Assembly (NCBI GenBank): GCA_043754515.1
Contig: JAYUUO010000047.1
Span: 1 to 16,768 of the forward strand
DNA length: 16,768 nucleotides
DNA from: Armatimonadota bacterium
GTDB lineage: Bacteria > Armatimonadota > Armatimonadia > Armatimonadales > Armatimonadaceae
Direction of reading: 5' to 3'
Shown: positions 1 through 7,554 of the stretch, piece by piece
Position numbering within the stretch: position 1 is the stretch's first letter
Layout: each line of letters begins with the position of its first letter
Notes under the pieces: generated by a model
The model's database searches: none
Told to the model about the DNA's origin: nothing
Seen by the model: only the letters and a program-made list of their open reading frames with translations
Made by a program: the position numbers and the translations under genes

Positions 1-1
1 G

Positions 2-79
2 GAGGCGGACTATTTGGAGGAGATATTGACAGGAGTTGCCCGCGAGGAGGCCGCGGGAAATCGGACAGAACCTGCCTAA
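2..79 (+). CDS. 3' end of a gene entering from the left edge (EADYLEEILTGVAREEAAGNRTEPA*), product unknown
   Basis: Frame open from position 2 to TAA at 77-79 with protein-like composition; too short to assign. Confidence 0.35.
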   Translation, partial: EADYLEEILTGVAREEAAGNRTEPA

Positions 80-184
80 CTATGATGCAATCGCCCTACC
101 GGATCCAGTCTGGACAAATAACCGTAGTGGACGCGCGTGTGATTCAGTGGCTTCAGTTCATTGGCGTTTGTCGGCGGTAAGCAG

Positions 185-511
185 TCATCCCCGAGACGAT
201 AATCCGAGCTCGCGGAGTTGGGCTTTGGATTGCTCGTTCTGCCTGATATCACGACGCGACAAACCATGAGGTTGACATAGGGAGCAGCCTTGAATGTTGC
301 AACCGCCATACACCCAATGTCCGTCGTTTACAATCCTACCCGCGTAGTATTGTTCTACGGTCGGCAAGTTTTTTGAGTAACGAGCATCCTCGCGCCGTCG
401 CCGTTCCGCCTCGCGCAGTGCCTTCCGCCTGATGTTCCACATGAAATCACGCCGCCGTGCTCGCGGCGAAGCCGCCGCCTTATCCAGCGGCCCCCCAAAC
501 TCGTTCTTCAC
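185..511 (-). CDS. Small basic hypothetical protein with Arg-rich helix and C-x4-C-x2-C-x2-H motif (possible Zn binding)
   Basis: ORF 185..517. SD-like AAAGGGA (524-518) is 6 nt upstream of GTG at 511, so 511 is preferred over TTG 517. Motif GCNIQGCSLCQPH. Confidence 0.6.
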   Translation of the reverse strand: MKNEFGGPLDKAAASPRARRRDFMWNIRRKALREAERRRREDARYSKNLPTVEQYYAGRIVNDGHWVYGGCNIQGCSLCQPHGLSRRDIRQNEQSKAQLRELGLSSRG

Positions 512-524
512 AGCCAATCCCTTT

Positions 525-562
525 CACGCCGCCCCCCGGTTGGTCCGGAGGGCTATCGCGTG
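525..562 (-). promoter_or_regulatory. GC-rich RNA hairpin abutting the SD of the 185-511 gene
   Basis: On minus-strand RNA GCCCUCCGG (553-545) pairs with CCGGGGGGC (539-531) with one G-U; outer CACGC/GCGUG extension. Confidence 0.5.
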
Positions 563-588
563 ATTCGAGATCGGGCAAGATTGTGCAT
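553..588 (-). CDS. Candidate 11-aa leader peptide MHNLARSRITR
   Basis: ATG at 588, TAG at 555-553 inside the 5' arm of the hairpin; lies just downstream of a TATAAT. Confidence 0.3.
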   Translation of the reverse strand: MHNLARSRITR

Positions 589-613
589 GATGTTATGAGG
601 TAGCCTCGGGTGG

Positions 614-619
614 ATTATA
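614..619 (-). promoter_or_regulatory. Candidate sigma70 -10 element (TATAAT)
   Basis: Perfect TATAAT in GC-rich intergenic DNA; no good -35 at 17 bp. Confidence 0.35.
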
Positions 620-711
620 CCTGGATTGTTGCGAATGGGGGTAGACCGTGGTGCGGAACTTCGTGGGTGCTCCGCTGACGTTGTTGTGATCCCGGCACTA
701 TCCGGTGTGCT

Positions 712-895
712 GGGAACGTTGTTCCTCCGGTGGAAGCCTTTCGGCTTGGTGTTCCTTCGGAACTGGGAGTAGAATTGTTCGCGGTACCAGCCCCCGACGG
801 AACCGGGAATAGTACGGCACGTGCCGCCAAGCCCCCGACCCGCGTTCCGCAGGAACACCAAGCCGCGAGGCTTCCACCGGAGGAACAACGTTCCC
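712..895. repeat. Inverted repeat pair (52-bp arms at 712-763 and 844-895, 49/52 match), REP-doublet/MITE-like
   Basis: Left arm gggaacgttgttcctccggtggaagcctttcggcttggtgttccttcggaac matches the reverse complement of the right arm; 80-bp spacer. Confidence 0.9.
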
Positions 896-988
896 CACAC
901 AGCGTTCCTCGAACCCGCCCCGACCCTGAAGCCTCTAAATCCGAAGGGGCGATACAACTAGCACCCTTTTTGGGGTAACGTAGCACTC

Positions 989-1885
989 GTGACCCCATCC
1001 CGTTTTGATCTCAATTCCTACTCCGCCCGGTGGAGCGACGCGGTGAACGCCGCCCTGAGCCGCTACACCCCGCCTGCCGACGCGCCGCCCGTGGTGCTAC
1101 ACGCCGCGATGCGCTACTCGCTGTTCGCGGGCGGCAAGCGGCTACGCCCTCTGCTCTGCGTCGCGGGCGCGGAAGCCGTCGGCGGGACCGGGGACGCCGT
1201 GCTACCGACCGCGTGCGCGTTGGAAATGGTGCATACCTTCTCGCTGATACACGACGACCTGCCCGCGCTTGACAACGACGATCTGCGCCGGGGGCGACCG
1301 ACCCTACACAAAGCCTACGACGAAGCGATCGCGATTCTGGCGGGCGACGCGCTTCACACGCTCGCGTTTGCGACCATCGCCACATATCAGGAAGGCGCGC
1401 CCGACGCGGTGCTTAGGGCGATACGGATTTTAGCCGATGCGTGCGGGGAGCGCGGCATGGTAGGCGGACAGGTAGACGACATTCTGCACGAGCGGCAACC
1501 CGTGAGCGCGGAGATGCTCCGCTCTATTCACGCGCGCAAGACGGGCGCGTTGCTCACCGCGTCGCTCCTGTGCGGCGCGATTCTGTCCGGCACGACGCCG
1601 GAGCGGGAGGCGGCACTCGGCGCGTGCGGGGAGCAGATCGGTGTCGCGTTTCAGATCGTGGACGATGTACTGGATGTCACGGGCGACGACGCAACGCTCG
1701 GCAAGCCCGCCGGATCCGACCTCAAGCTCGACAAGGCGACGTACCCGAAACTGTTTGGGCTTGACGAGTCGCGCCGCCTCGCCTGCCTCGCCGCCGATCA
1801 CGCCGCCGATGCGCTAGCGGGGTTCGGCGCGAGTGCCGACCCGCTCCGCGCCTTCGCGCGATTTATCGTCGAGCGGAACGCTTAA
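989..1885 (+). CDS. ispA: Short-chain polyprenyl (farnesyl/geranylgeranyl) diphosphate synthase
   Basis: GGKRLRP, FARM HTFSLIHDDLPALDNDDLRRG, GMVGGQ, KTGALL, SARM FQIVDDVLD, GK-x2-GSD, K-x-TYP. Confidence 0.95.
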   Translation: MTPSRFDLNSYSARWSDAVNAALSRYTPPADAPPVVLHAAMRYSLFAGGKRLRPLLCVAGAEAVGGTGDAVLPTACALEMVHTFSLIHDDLPALDNDDLRRGRPTLHKAYDEAIAILAGDALHTLAFATIATYQEGAPDAVLRAIRILADACGERGMVGGQVDDILHERQPVSAEMLRSIHARKTGALLTASLLCGAILSGTTPEREAALGACGEQIGVAFQIVDDVLDVTGDDATLGKPAGSDLKLDKATYPKLFGLDESRRLACLAADHAADALAGFGASADPLRAFARFIVERNA

Positions 1886-1904
1886 TCGCGGCGCGTGCGG
1901 CACG

Positions 1905-1956
1905 GCACAAAAAGGAGGGGAAGAAACGAATCCCGTTCCTCCCCCTCTTTTTGTGC
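1905..1956. terminator. Probable bidirectional intrinsic terminator between convergent ispA and hfq-like gene
   Basis: Imperfect inverted repeat gcacaaaaaggagggg...ccccctctttttgtgc with A-tract and T-tract. Confidence 0.75.
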
Positions 1957-1957
1957 G

Positions 1958-2194
1958 CTACGCCTTTGACCGGAAGTACAGAATCGCGTGCTTGTAGACC
2001 GTTACTTCGCTCCTGTTTTCGTCGGCGATACAGATCGTATCGTCGTCGTACCAGCGGATGATGCCTTCCATCACCGCGCCGTTCACCAGTGTGAACTCGA
2101 TGGCGCGGCGTTCGTCGCGGGCGCGAATCATCTCCGCCTCGTTTCGCTGTACGGCGGGGAATCGGTCGCCCCCGCCGCTCGGTGCAATGTTCAT
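1958..2194 (-). CDS. hfq: Hfq/Sm-like RNA chaperone, divergent type
   Basis: Sm1 LVNG-x4-G-x-I-x2-YD and Sm2 VYKHAI; SD-like GAGGGGG upstream of ATG 2194. Confidence 0.8.
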   Translation of the reverse strand: MNIAPSGGGDRFPAVQRNEAEMIRARDERRAIEFTLVNGAVMEGIIRWYDDDTICIADENRSEVTVYKHAILYFRSKA

Positions 2195-2235
2195 TCGGAC
2201 ACCCCCTCGCGCGCAATTATTGTTGGTGAACCTAC

Positions 2236-2757
2236 CTATGCCTCGGCGGGAGCCGCCGGGGTTTCCGCTTCCGCTACCACAGGCGCGGGTGGGGCGGCCT
2301 CGGTCTCGGCGGGCACGGCGGGCGCGGGCTGGGCGGCCGCCTCATCGGCGGGACGATCCGTGCGCGGCGGGCGCGGTCCGCGGTCGCCGGAGTCGCGGCG
2401 GTCGCCACGTGGGGCGTCGCTTCGGCTACCGTCGCCGCGAGGCGCGCTACCGTCACGGGGCCCATCGGGGCGCGGGCCGTCCGGCCGGGATCCGTCGCCG
2501 CGCGGGCCGTCTTGACGAGGTCCGTCTTGCCGGGGGCCATCGGGGCGTGGTCCGTCACGGCGCGGGCCGCGGTCGCCCATCGGGCGCGGCGCGGGCGTCG
2601 TTTCCGAAGCGCGGCGCGAAACCGGCCGACTGATCTTCTGCGCGACGGGCGCGACCGCTACCCCGGTACCGGTAATGGCGATACCCTTTGCGGCCGCCTT
2701 TTTTCGTTCCTCAAGCCGCTTACGGGTGCGGCGCAATTCTTTTTGTCGAATTCGCAT
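2236..2757 (-). CDS. Hypothetical, largely disordered protein: basic N-terminal helix, DGPRx repeats, Ala/Pro/Glu tail
   Basis: 173-aa ORF, AAGGA upstream, co-oriented between tpiA and the hfq-like gene. Confidence 0.75.
   Translation of the reverse strand: MRIRQKELRRTRKRLEERKKAAAKGIAITGTGVAVAPVAQKISRPVSRRASETTPAPRPMGDRGPRRDGPRPDGPRQDGPRQDGPRGDGSRPDGPRPDGPRDGSAPRGDGSRSDAPRGDRRDSGDRGPRPPRTDRPADEAAAQPAPAVPAETEAAPPAPVVAEAETPAAPAEA
2455..2556 (-). repeat. About seven tandem 15-bp units encoding DG(P/S)Rx
   Basis: Translation DGPRP DGPRQ DGPRQ DGPRG DGSRP DGPRP DGPR. Confidence 0.85.
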
Positions 2758-2862
2758 AAATTATGTTCCAGGTCCTTTTGTTCGCCGAGGCGAACGCGCG
2801 CCCCAACATACACAACGTCGCAGTATACCGCGCCTTTTTTTCGGCGACCAGTCGCGTATGCC

Positions 2863-3681
2863 CTATGATTTGCTCGCCGATAAAGCGATCGCGGCAAAAT
2901 CGGCCGATTTGAGGCTCGCGCCGCCGATCAATCCGCCGTCAATATGCCGCTGGCCGAGTAGCTCGTCGGCGTTGTCCGGCTTCATCGAGCCGCCGTATAG
3001 GATGCGCACCCCTTCCGAAGTCTCGGCGTCACACAGGTCGGAAATCGTCTCGCGGATCACGCCGCAGACGCGGTCCGCTTCATCCGCCGAACACGTCTTG
3101 CCGGTGCCGATGGCCCAAACCGGCTCGTACGCGAACACGATATGCGCCATATCATGCGGGGAGATTCCATCGAGCGCGCCTTCGATCTGCGCACGAATGA
3201 TTCCGTCCGTGCTTCCGGCCTCGCGCTCGGAGAGCGTTTCACCCACGCATATGATTGGCTTCAAATGCCCGGCTAGCGCGGCTATCGCCTTGCGGTTCAC
3301 CGACGCGTCCGTTTCCCCGAAGTGCTTCAATATGCCCTCGGTGAAGTCCGGTTCCGCGACGCCGAACCGCCCGCGACGCTCGGAGTGCCCGACTAAAACA
3401 TAGGTAACGCCCGCGTCGGCCAGCATCTCTGCCGACACCTGCCCCGTGTACGCCCCCGCGCTTTTCCAGTAAACGTCCTGCGCGCCGAGTTCAATTCGGC
3501 TTCCGACACCGAGGATCGCTTTCAGCGGGTGCAAGACGGTGAATGGCGGACAGACCACGATCTCCGCGCCGAATATCTCGCCGGTCTTCGCCAGCAGTTC
3601 GCCGATCAGCGTCGTCGCTTCGGCGGCGGTGCCCTTGTTCATCTTCCAGTTGCCCGCGATCAGCGGGGTTCGTTTTGCCAT
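2863..3681 (-). CDS. tpiA: Triosephosphate isomerase (272 aa) with a 15-aa insertion
   Basis: AGNWKMN, GAYTG, GHSERR, AYEPVWAIGTG, YGGS, GGLIGGASL; start MAKRTPLIAGNWK at 3681. Confidence 0.97.
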   Translation of the reverse strand: MAKRTPLIAGNWKMNKGTAAEATTLIGELLAKTGEIFGAEIVVCPPFTVLHPLKAILGVGSRIELGAQDVYWKSAGAYTGQVSAEMLADAGVTYVLVGHSERRGRFGVAEPDFTEGILKHFGETDASVNRKAIAALAGHLKPIICVGETLSEREAGSTDGIIRAQIEGALDGISPHDMAHIVFAYEPVWAIGTGKTCSADEADRVCGVIRETISDLCDAETSEGVRILYGGSMKPDNADELLGQRHIDGGLIGGASLKSADFAAIALSASKS

Positions 3682-3855
3682 GATAAAGCCGTGTACCTTC
3701 TCGGGGTAATCCCGGCGTGCGGTTCGACGCGGATGGGTCGGATTCCTGCACGCGCTCTTTAAATCCGCGCGATGGGTGTAGATCAGGTATACCGAATATA
3801 ACCTGACAACTTGACACAAGTCGCGGAACAACCGTGGAAACAGGAGTTAAATGCG

Positions 3856-4716
3856 ATGGCCGTATACGAGTATTTTTGTCGCGGATGCGAGGCGGTCTTC
3901 CATGGCGGCTGGCATCCGAACCATCTGCGGCTCGAATCCGATGTGCCCCTTCCATCCGATGAGGTAAACCTCGTTTGCCTCGGTTGCGGCACAGCACATA
4001 TCATTTGGCAGTTCGAGCGGAGAGGCATATACACGCGATTGCTTGTCCAGCGCGAGCCGGAGACGATGACGATAACGCGCGAGTTTATACAAGAACGGGA
4101 ATCGCGTAAGGCAGAGCGACTAAGGGAACGAGGAGCCGATGAAGTCAGGATAACCATCTTCAATAGGAGCCGGAACGACAGATGCTCGCGAACTTGGGGG
4201 AGGCTTTCGTCGAAGCCACGGATCAATCTGTTGCCCGGAAAAGACCGGGTGATAAGGCAGGCAACATCGTGGGCCGGCACTAAAGAAAACGTGTTTTTCG
4301 TCGTACTAGGTATTCCTTACTTTGTCGGAATGTTCATCTTCGCCCTCTCGCAGGCAGGGCTGCGGGATACGATCATGCGTCTCCGAGGAGAAGAGAGACC
4401 CCGCCCGGATTGGCGAGGTCGCGAGATTGCCCGTGTAAAAGGCTCGTTGGCAAAATACAGGGAAGTGGCGGAAATACAGTTGCCCGCGCCTCCGAGATGG
4501 AGCAAGCCGTGTCGCGCCTATATCGGCTACGAAGTAGACAATCCGCCGCCTCCCGATCTGTTTGAGCAGGGCATGCCGTCTCTCGTATGCGCCGGATGCA
4601 ACGTAGCGGGGCAGTTGATTATCCGCATTTATGAGGGCATGACCTGCCCTCGTTGCAAATCGGGAACACTTGAGGAAAACGAATCACAACGCGACGAGGC
4701 CGACAGCATCTCCTAG
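3856..4716 (+). CDS. Hypothetical protein with four CxxC motifs and a central hydrophobic (TM-like) segment
   Basis: AGGAG at 3842-3846 then ATG 3856; YEYFCRGC, CLGC, CAGC, CPRC; VFFVVLGIPYFVGMFIFAL. Confidence 0.75.
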   Translation: MAVYEYFCRGCEAVFHGGWHPNHLRLESDVPLPSDEVNLVCLGCGTAHIIWQFERRGIYTRLLVQREPETMTITREFIQERESRKAERLRERGADEVRITIFNRSRNDRCSRTWGRLSSKPRINLLPGKDRVIRQATSWAGTKENVFFVVLGIPYFVGMFIFALSQAGLRDTIMRLRGEERPRPDWRGREIARVKGSLAKYREVAEIQLPAPPRWSKPCRAYIGYEVDNPPPPDLFEQGMPSLVCAGCNVAGQLIIRIYEGMTCPRCKSGTLEENESQRDEADSIS

Positions 4717-4772
4717 CCGCGCGGCACGGTAGTTGCTGGATGATAGTTAACACCGAAGGAAACAACACCCTG

Positions 4773-6092
4773 ATGCGCCTCCCACCCTACTTCCCTCATA
4801 AGACCGCAACAAGCCCCGACGAAAAGCGAGCCGCACGCCGCCATGCGGCGCGGATCACCCTCGTGCTCGCGCTTGCGGTCGGTTGGCGGTGGCAAGTCGC
4901 GAATCAGGAGCCGGTCTATTCGACCGACGGCGGCGTGTACCAGACCCCCGTGGCGCGAACAACGATGCCGAGCGCGGCGGTGTTCTATGAAGCGGCGGTC
5001 GAGTCGTACTCCGTCACCAAGCCTGCCGGATGGGAGGGTGACACCCGCCGACTTTTCGACGCCCCGGTCGCTGTCCAGGAATCTGTAATCGCGCAGGCGA
5101 AGCCCTCGCTCGATCTGTTACGGCAGGGCATGCGCTATCCGCTCGTCGCCGATTACAAACTGGATTGGGGGGCGAAAGGGAACGGTCAAGACCCGACTAA
5201 TCCGCTCGCCGACCGGGACTACCAATCGGTCCGGGAGATGGGGTACATGCTCGCGGTCGAGGCGCGGGCGCGGGCGAGCAGAGGAGACAACGCGGGTGCC
5301 ATCGGATCCTCGCTGGACGCGGTGCGCCTGGGCGTGGATTCGGGCCAGGGCCGCTCCCTGTTACCGGGAATGGTCGGGATATTGGACCAGATGATTGGTA
5401 CTCGGGAGGGGATGCGACACGTCGCCAAATTAACCGGAGGCGAAGCGCGTGCCGCCGCCAACCGCCTGGAGGCGATACTGGCTCGGGAGCGATCCTTCAC
5501 GCAAATTATGACAGCGGACCGGGACACGATCGCGTACGAGACTTTGCAGAGTGTCTTCCGTGCCGAAATATTGGAGGGCACGAACCCCACGACCGACAAG
5601 AAGATCTCGCTCGCCGGTCCCGTCGGCCGGTTCGCAGTCGGCGCGCTAATCTTCGCCTTCACGAAGCAGGGTCTGGTTGACGATTTCGCGGCGCGTTACG
5701 GGGAATTGATTAGCCGCGCGTCAATGCCGTATCAGGAAGCAGTACGGTTGCCGGTTCTGCGGCCCGCCGCGAATCCCATCGTGCGTTACTGGATGCTCAA
5801 TGACTACTATCGGGTATATTTCCAATCAGTCAGGCAGTCGGCGACAAATCGCGTCTTTCTGGCGAGGCTCGCGGTGCAGGCGTATAAGCAGGATCATAAC
5901 GGGGCTGCTCCGATGTCGCTCCTCGAACTCGCTTGCGGCGCGCGACCCTACCTCGACCGGGTACCCGCAGACCCCTTCTCGCCTCTTGGGAACGCCCCGC
6001 TCCGTTACTCCCCGCGCACGGGCGAGGTGTACAGCGTCGGCGAAAACGGGATCGACGACCGCGACTCGGGCGATGACATCGGCAACCACTGA
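4773..6092 (+). CDS. Membrane-anchored hypothetical protein with C-terminal GspG/pseudopilin-like domain
   Basis: N-terminal basic plus hydrophobic anchor; C-terminal YKQDHNG-x2-P-x2-L-x2-L...YL-x2-VPADPF...YSVGENGIDD...DDI. Alternative start at 4740. Confidence 0.75.
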   Translation: MRLPPYFPHKTATSPDEKRAARRHAARITLVLALAVGWRWQVANQEPVYSTDGGVYQTPVARTTMPSAAVFYEAAVESYSVTKPAGWEGDTRRLFDAPVAVQESVIAQAKPSLDLLRQGMRYPLVADYKLDWGAKGNGQDPTNPLADRDYQSVREMGYMLAVEARARASRGDNAGAIGSSLDAVRLGVDSGQGRSLLPGMVGILDQMIGTREGMRHVAKLTGGEARAAANRLEAILARERSFTQIMTADRDTIAYETLQSVFRAEILEGTNPTTDKKISLAGPVGRFAVGALIFAFTKQGLVDDFAARYGELISRASMPYQEAVRLPVLRPAANPIVRYWMLNDYYRVYFQSVRQSATNRVFLARLAVQAYKQDHNGAAPMSLLELACGARPYLDRVPADPFSPLGNAPLRYSPRTGEVYSVGENGIDDRDSGDDIGNH

Positions 6093-6103
6093 CCGGATTA
6101 GAC

Positions 6104-7068
6104 TCACACGAACGGGTTGAACACCCGAACCCCGCTGAAATCGCCCTGCCACGCCTCGGCCCCGGGAACCATGAAGATCAGGTCGCCGGCCTTACCGAAG
6201 CGGAAGTCTACTATCTCGTCATACTTGATGGTCGCGAGGTGCCGCCACCGTCGCAACGCTAGGAGCAACGTGGCGGCAGTTCCCGGGTTGCTCCAACCTT
6301 TAGAAATGTCAACGCCCTCCTCCTCGCTGATCTTCTCAATCATGTCGTCCCCACCCGCGTGTAATCCGATGTCATTCCCCAGCAACAGGTGGTCGTCATA
6401 GCAAATATTTTCCTGAATTGGGCTGATCTCTCGCACATACCGCGCGAAGTCATCCTGTCCGGCACCAATGATCATATTTGTTTGGTAGTTGTAGCCAGGC
6501 GCGGTAGTGATCAGTCGAAGGGCAAGCCGCGCCGACGGATGCGGCTCCATTAGCAACGTCGGCGGCGACACGCGCGAGCGGGGCACTTGCGGGGATATAG
6601 CGAATGAGCGGGACGCCGCCGACTGCTGTTCCTCCTCCATGCTCCCCCCAAAACCCGTCGGGGAGTGGCTCCCAACTACCGGCTTCGGTCAGGCGACCGA
6701 ACTGACGCGGATGGAAAGTGTAATAATAGTCGTTGAAGTAGAAGAACGACAGCAACCCGCTTGTCGGCAAAGTGTCGTCCGTCGGTAGGAGGCGGTGTAC
6801 CTTGGCGAGGTTGAACTGCGCGAGAAACGCGAACGGGATGCGGTACTCCGTGAGCGGCCAGTCTTCTCCCTCCGGCAGGTCCGGTAGCCCTCCGAACTTC
6901 GACGAGCCGGGTGGCAACTCTTCGTCGTTTGCCGCGACAGTGGTGATCGCGAGCGCGGGCAGTAGTTCCGGCTCGATTGCGCGCCCATAGGTGACCCAGC
7001 CCCGCCACGTCGAGCGCGCGCCGTATGCCATCGGGTGTCATGTCCTCAGGTGCTGTCAGCTCTTCCAT
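6104..7068 (-). pseudogene. DUF1963/YwqG-like gene split by two +1 frameshifts (near 6985 and near 6570)
   Basis: Three overlapping frames join into one ~320-aa protein: MEELTAPED...GLGHLW, then RAIEPELLP...SKFGGLPDLPEGEDWP...FLAQFNL...LPTSGLLSFFY, then PPTLL...HLLLG...FRFGKAGDLIFMV...GDFSGV. Confidence 0.75.
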
Positions 7069-7130
7069 CGTTTCGCCTCATGAGTCGGATCTTTCACCAA
7101 CGATTCCGTCTGGTTCGCTCGCATCCCACG

Positions 7131-7373
7131 CTAATTGGCCCGAATCTTGTAAGGGTCAGTGGCTAGCCCGAACATCCGGGCTATACGGATCGCGACCAGC
7201 ATGGCACAGAGGATGACGCCCGTAACTATTGCGGTACGAGTGACTGCGGTCCAAGCGACAATAGCGGCGGGCGCGGTCTGACCCAGTTCGTACCGCCTAT
7301 GATGAACACTGATGGCATAAATCTCTACGGCTAAAAAAGCAATCGCTATATTACCTAAAACATTTCGGCTCAT
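7131..7373 (-). CDS. Small hypothetical membrane protein (two hydrophobic segments)
   Basis: 80-aa ORF with two long hydrophobic stretches, co-oriented with the DUF1963-like gene. Confidence 0.5.
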   Translation of the reverse strand: MSRNVLGNIAIAFLAVEIYAISVHHRRYELGQTAPAAIVAWTAVTRTAIVTGVILCAMLVAIRIARMFGLATDPYKIRAN

Positions 7374-7554
7374 GATTCGTTTCTCATCTTCATTGTACCC
7401 TTGCTTCGAGCGGAAGGGGCAAAGACCGGAGCAATTTTCATAAGGCTTGTTTTAGCCCGGAGGCTGACTTCTGGCGGCGCGATAACCGCGTTACCTGATT
7501 CATGGCAAGCGCATGGGAGAATCCCAACATCACCCCCCCTCGAAAAGGACGCGC

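Noticed and set aside
712..895. CRISPR array or integron attC site
   Set aside because: Only two copies, inverted rather than direct; no spacer series, cas gene or integrase; no RYYYAAC/GTTRRRY ends
553..998. ORFs 553..957(-), 615..998(-), 698..898(-) and 730..978(+)
   Set aside because: They run through the inverted-repeat element and translate its arms (e.g. RLPPEEQRS appears on both strands); no protein-like features
2675..3403. 242-aa plus-strand ORF
   Set aside because: Antisense shadow of tpiA, as expected in high-GC DNA; the same applies to shadow ORFs over ispA, obgE, nusB and folD
3682..3831. N-terminal extension of TpiA in the ORF track
   Set aside because: Homology begins at MAKRTPLIAGNWK (3681); the longer starts for rplU (8179), obgE (9014) and folD (11536) likewise overlap a promoter, a terminator or the upstream gene
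6560..6990. Programmed ribosomal frameshifting in the DUF1963-like gene
   Set aside because: No recognisable slippery heptamer or shift-prone stop context, and two successive +1 shifts would be needed
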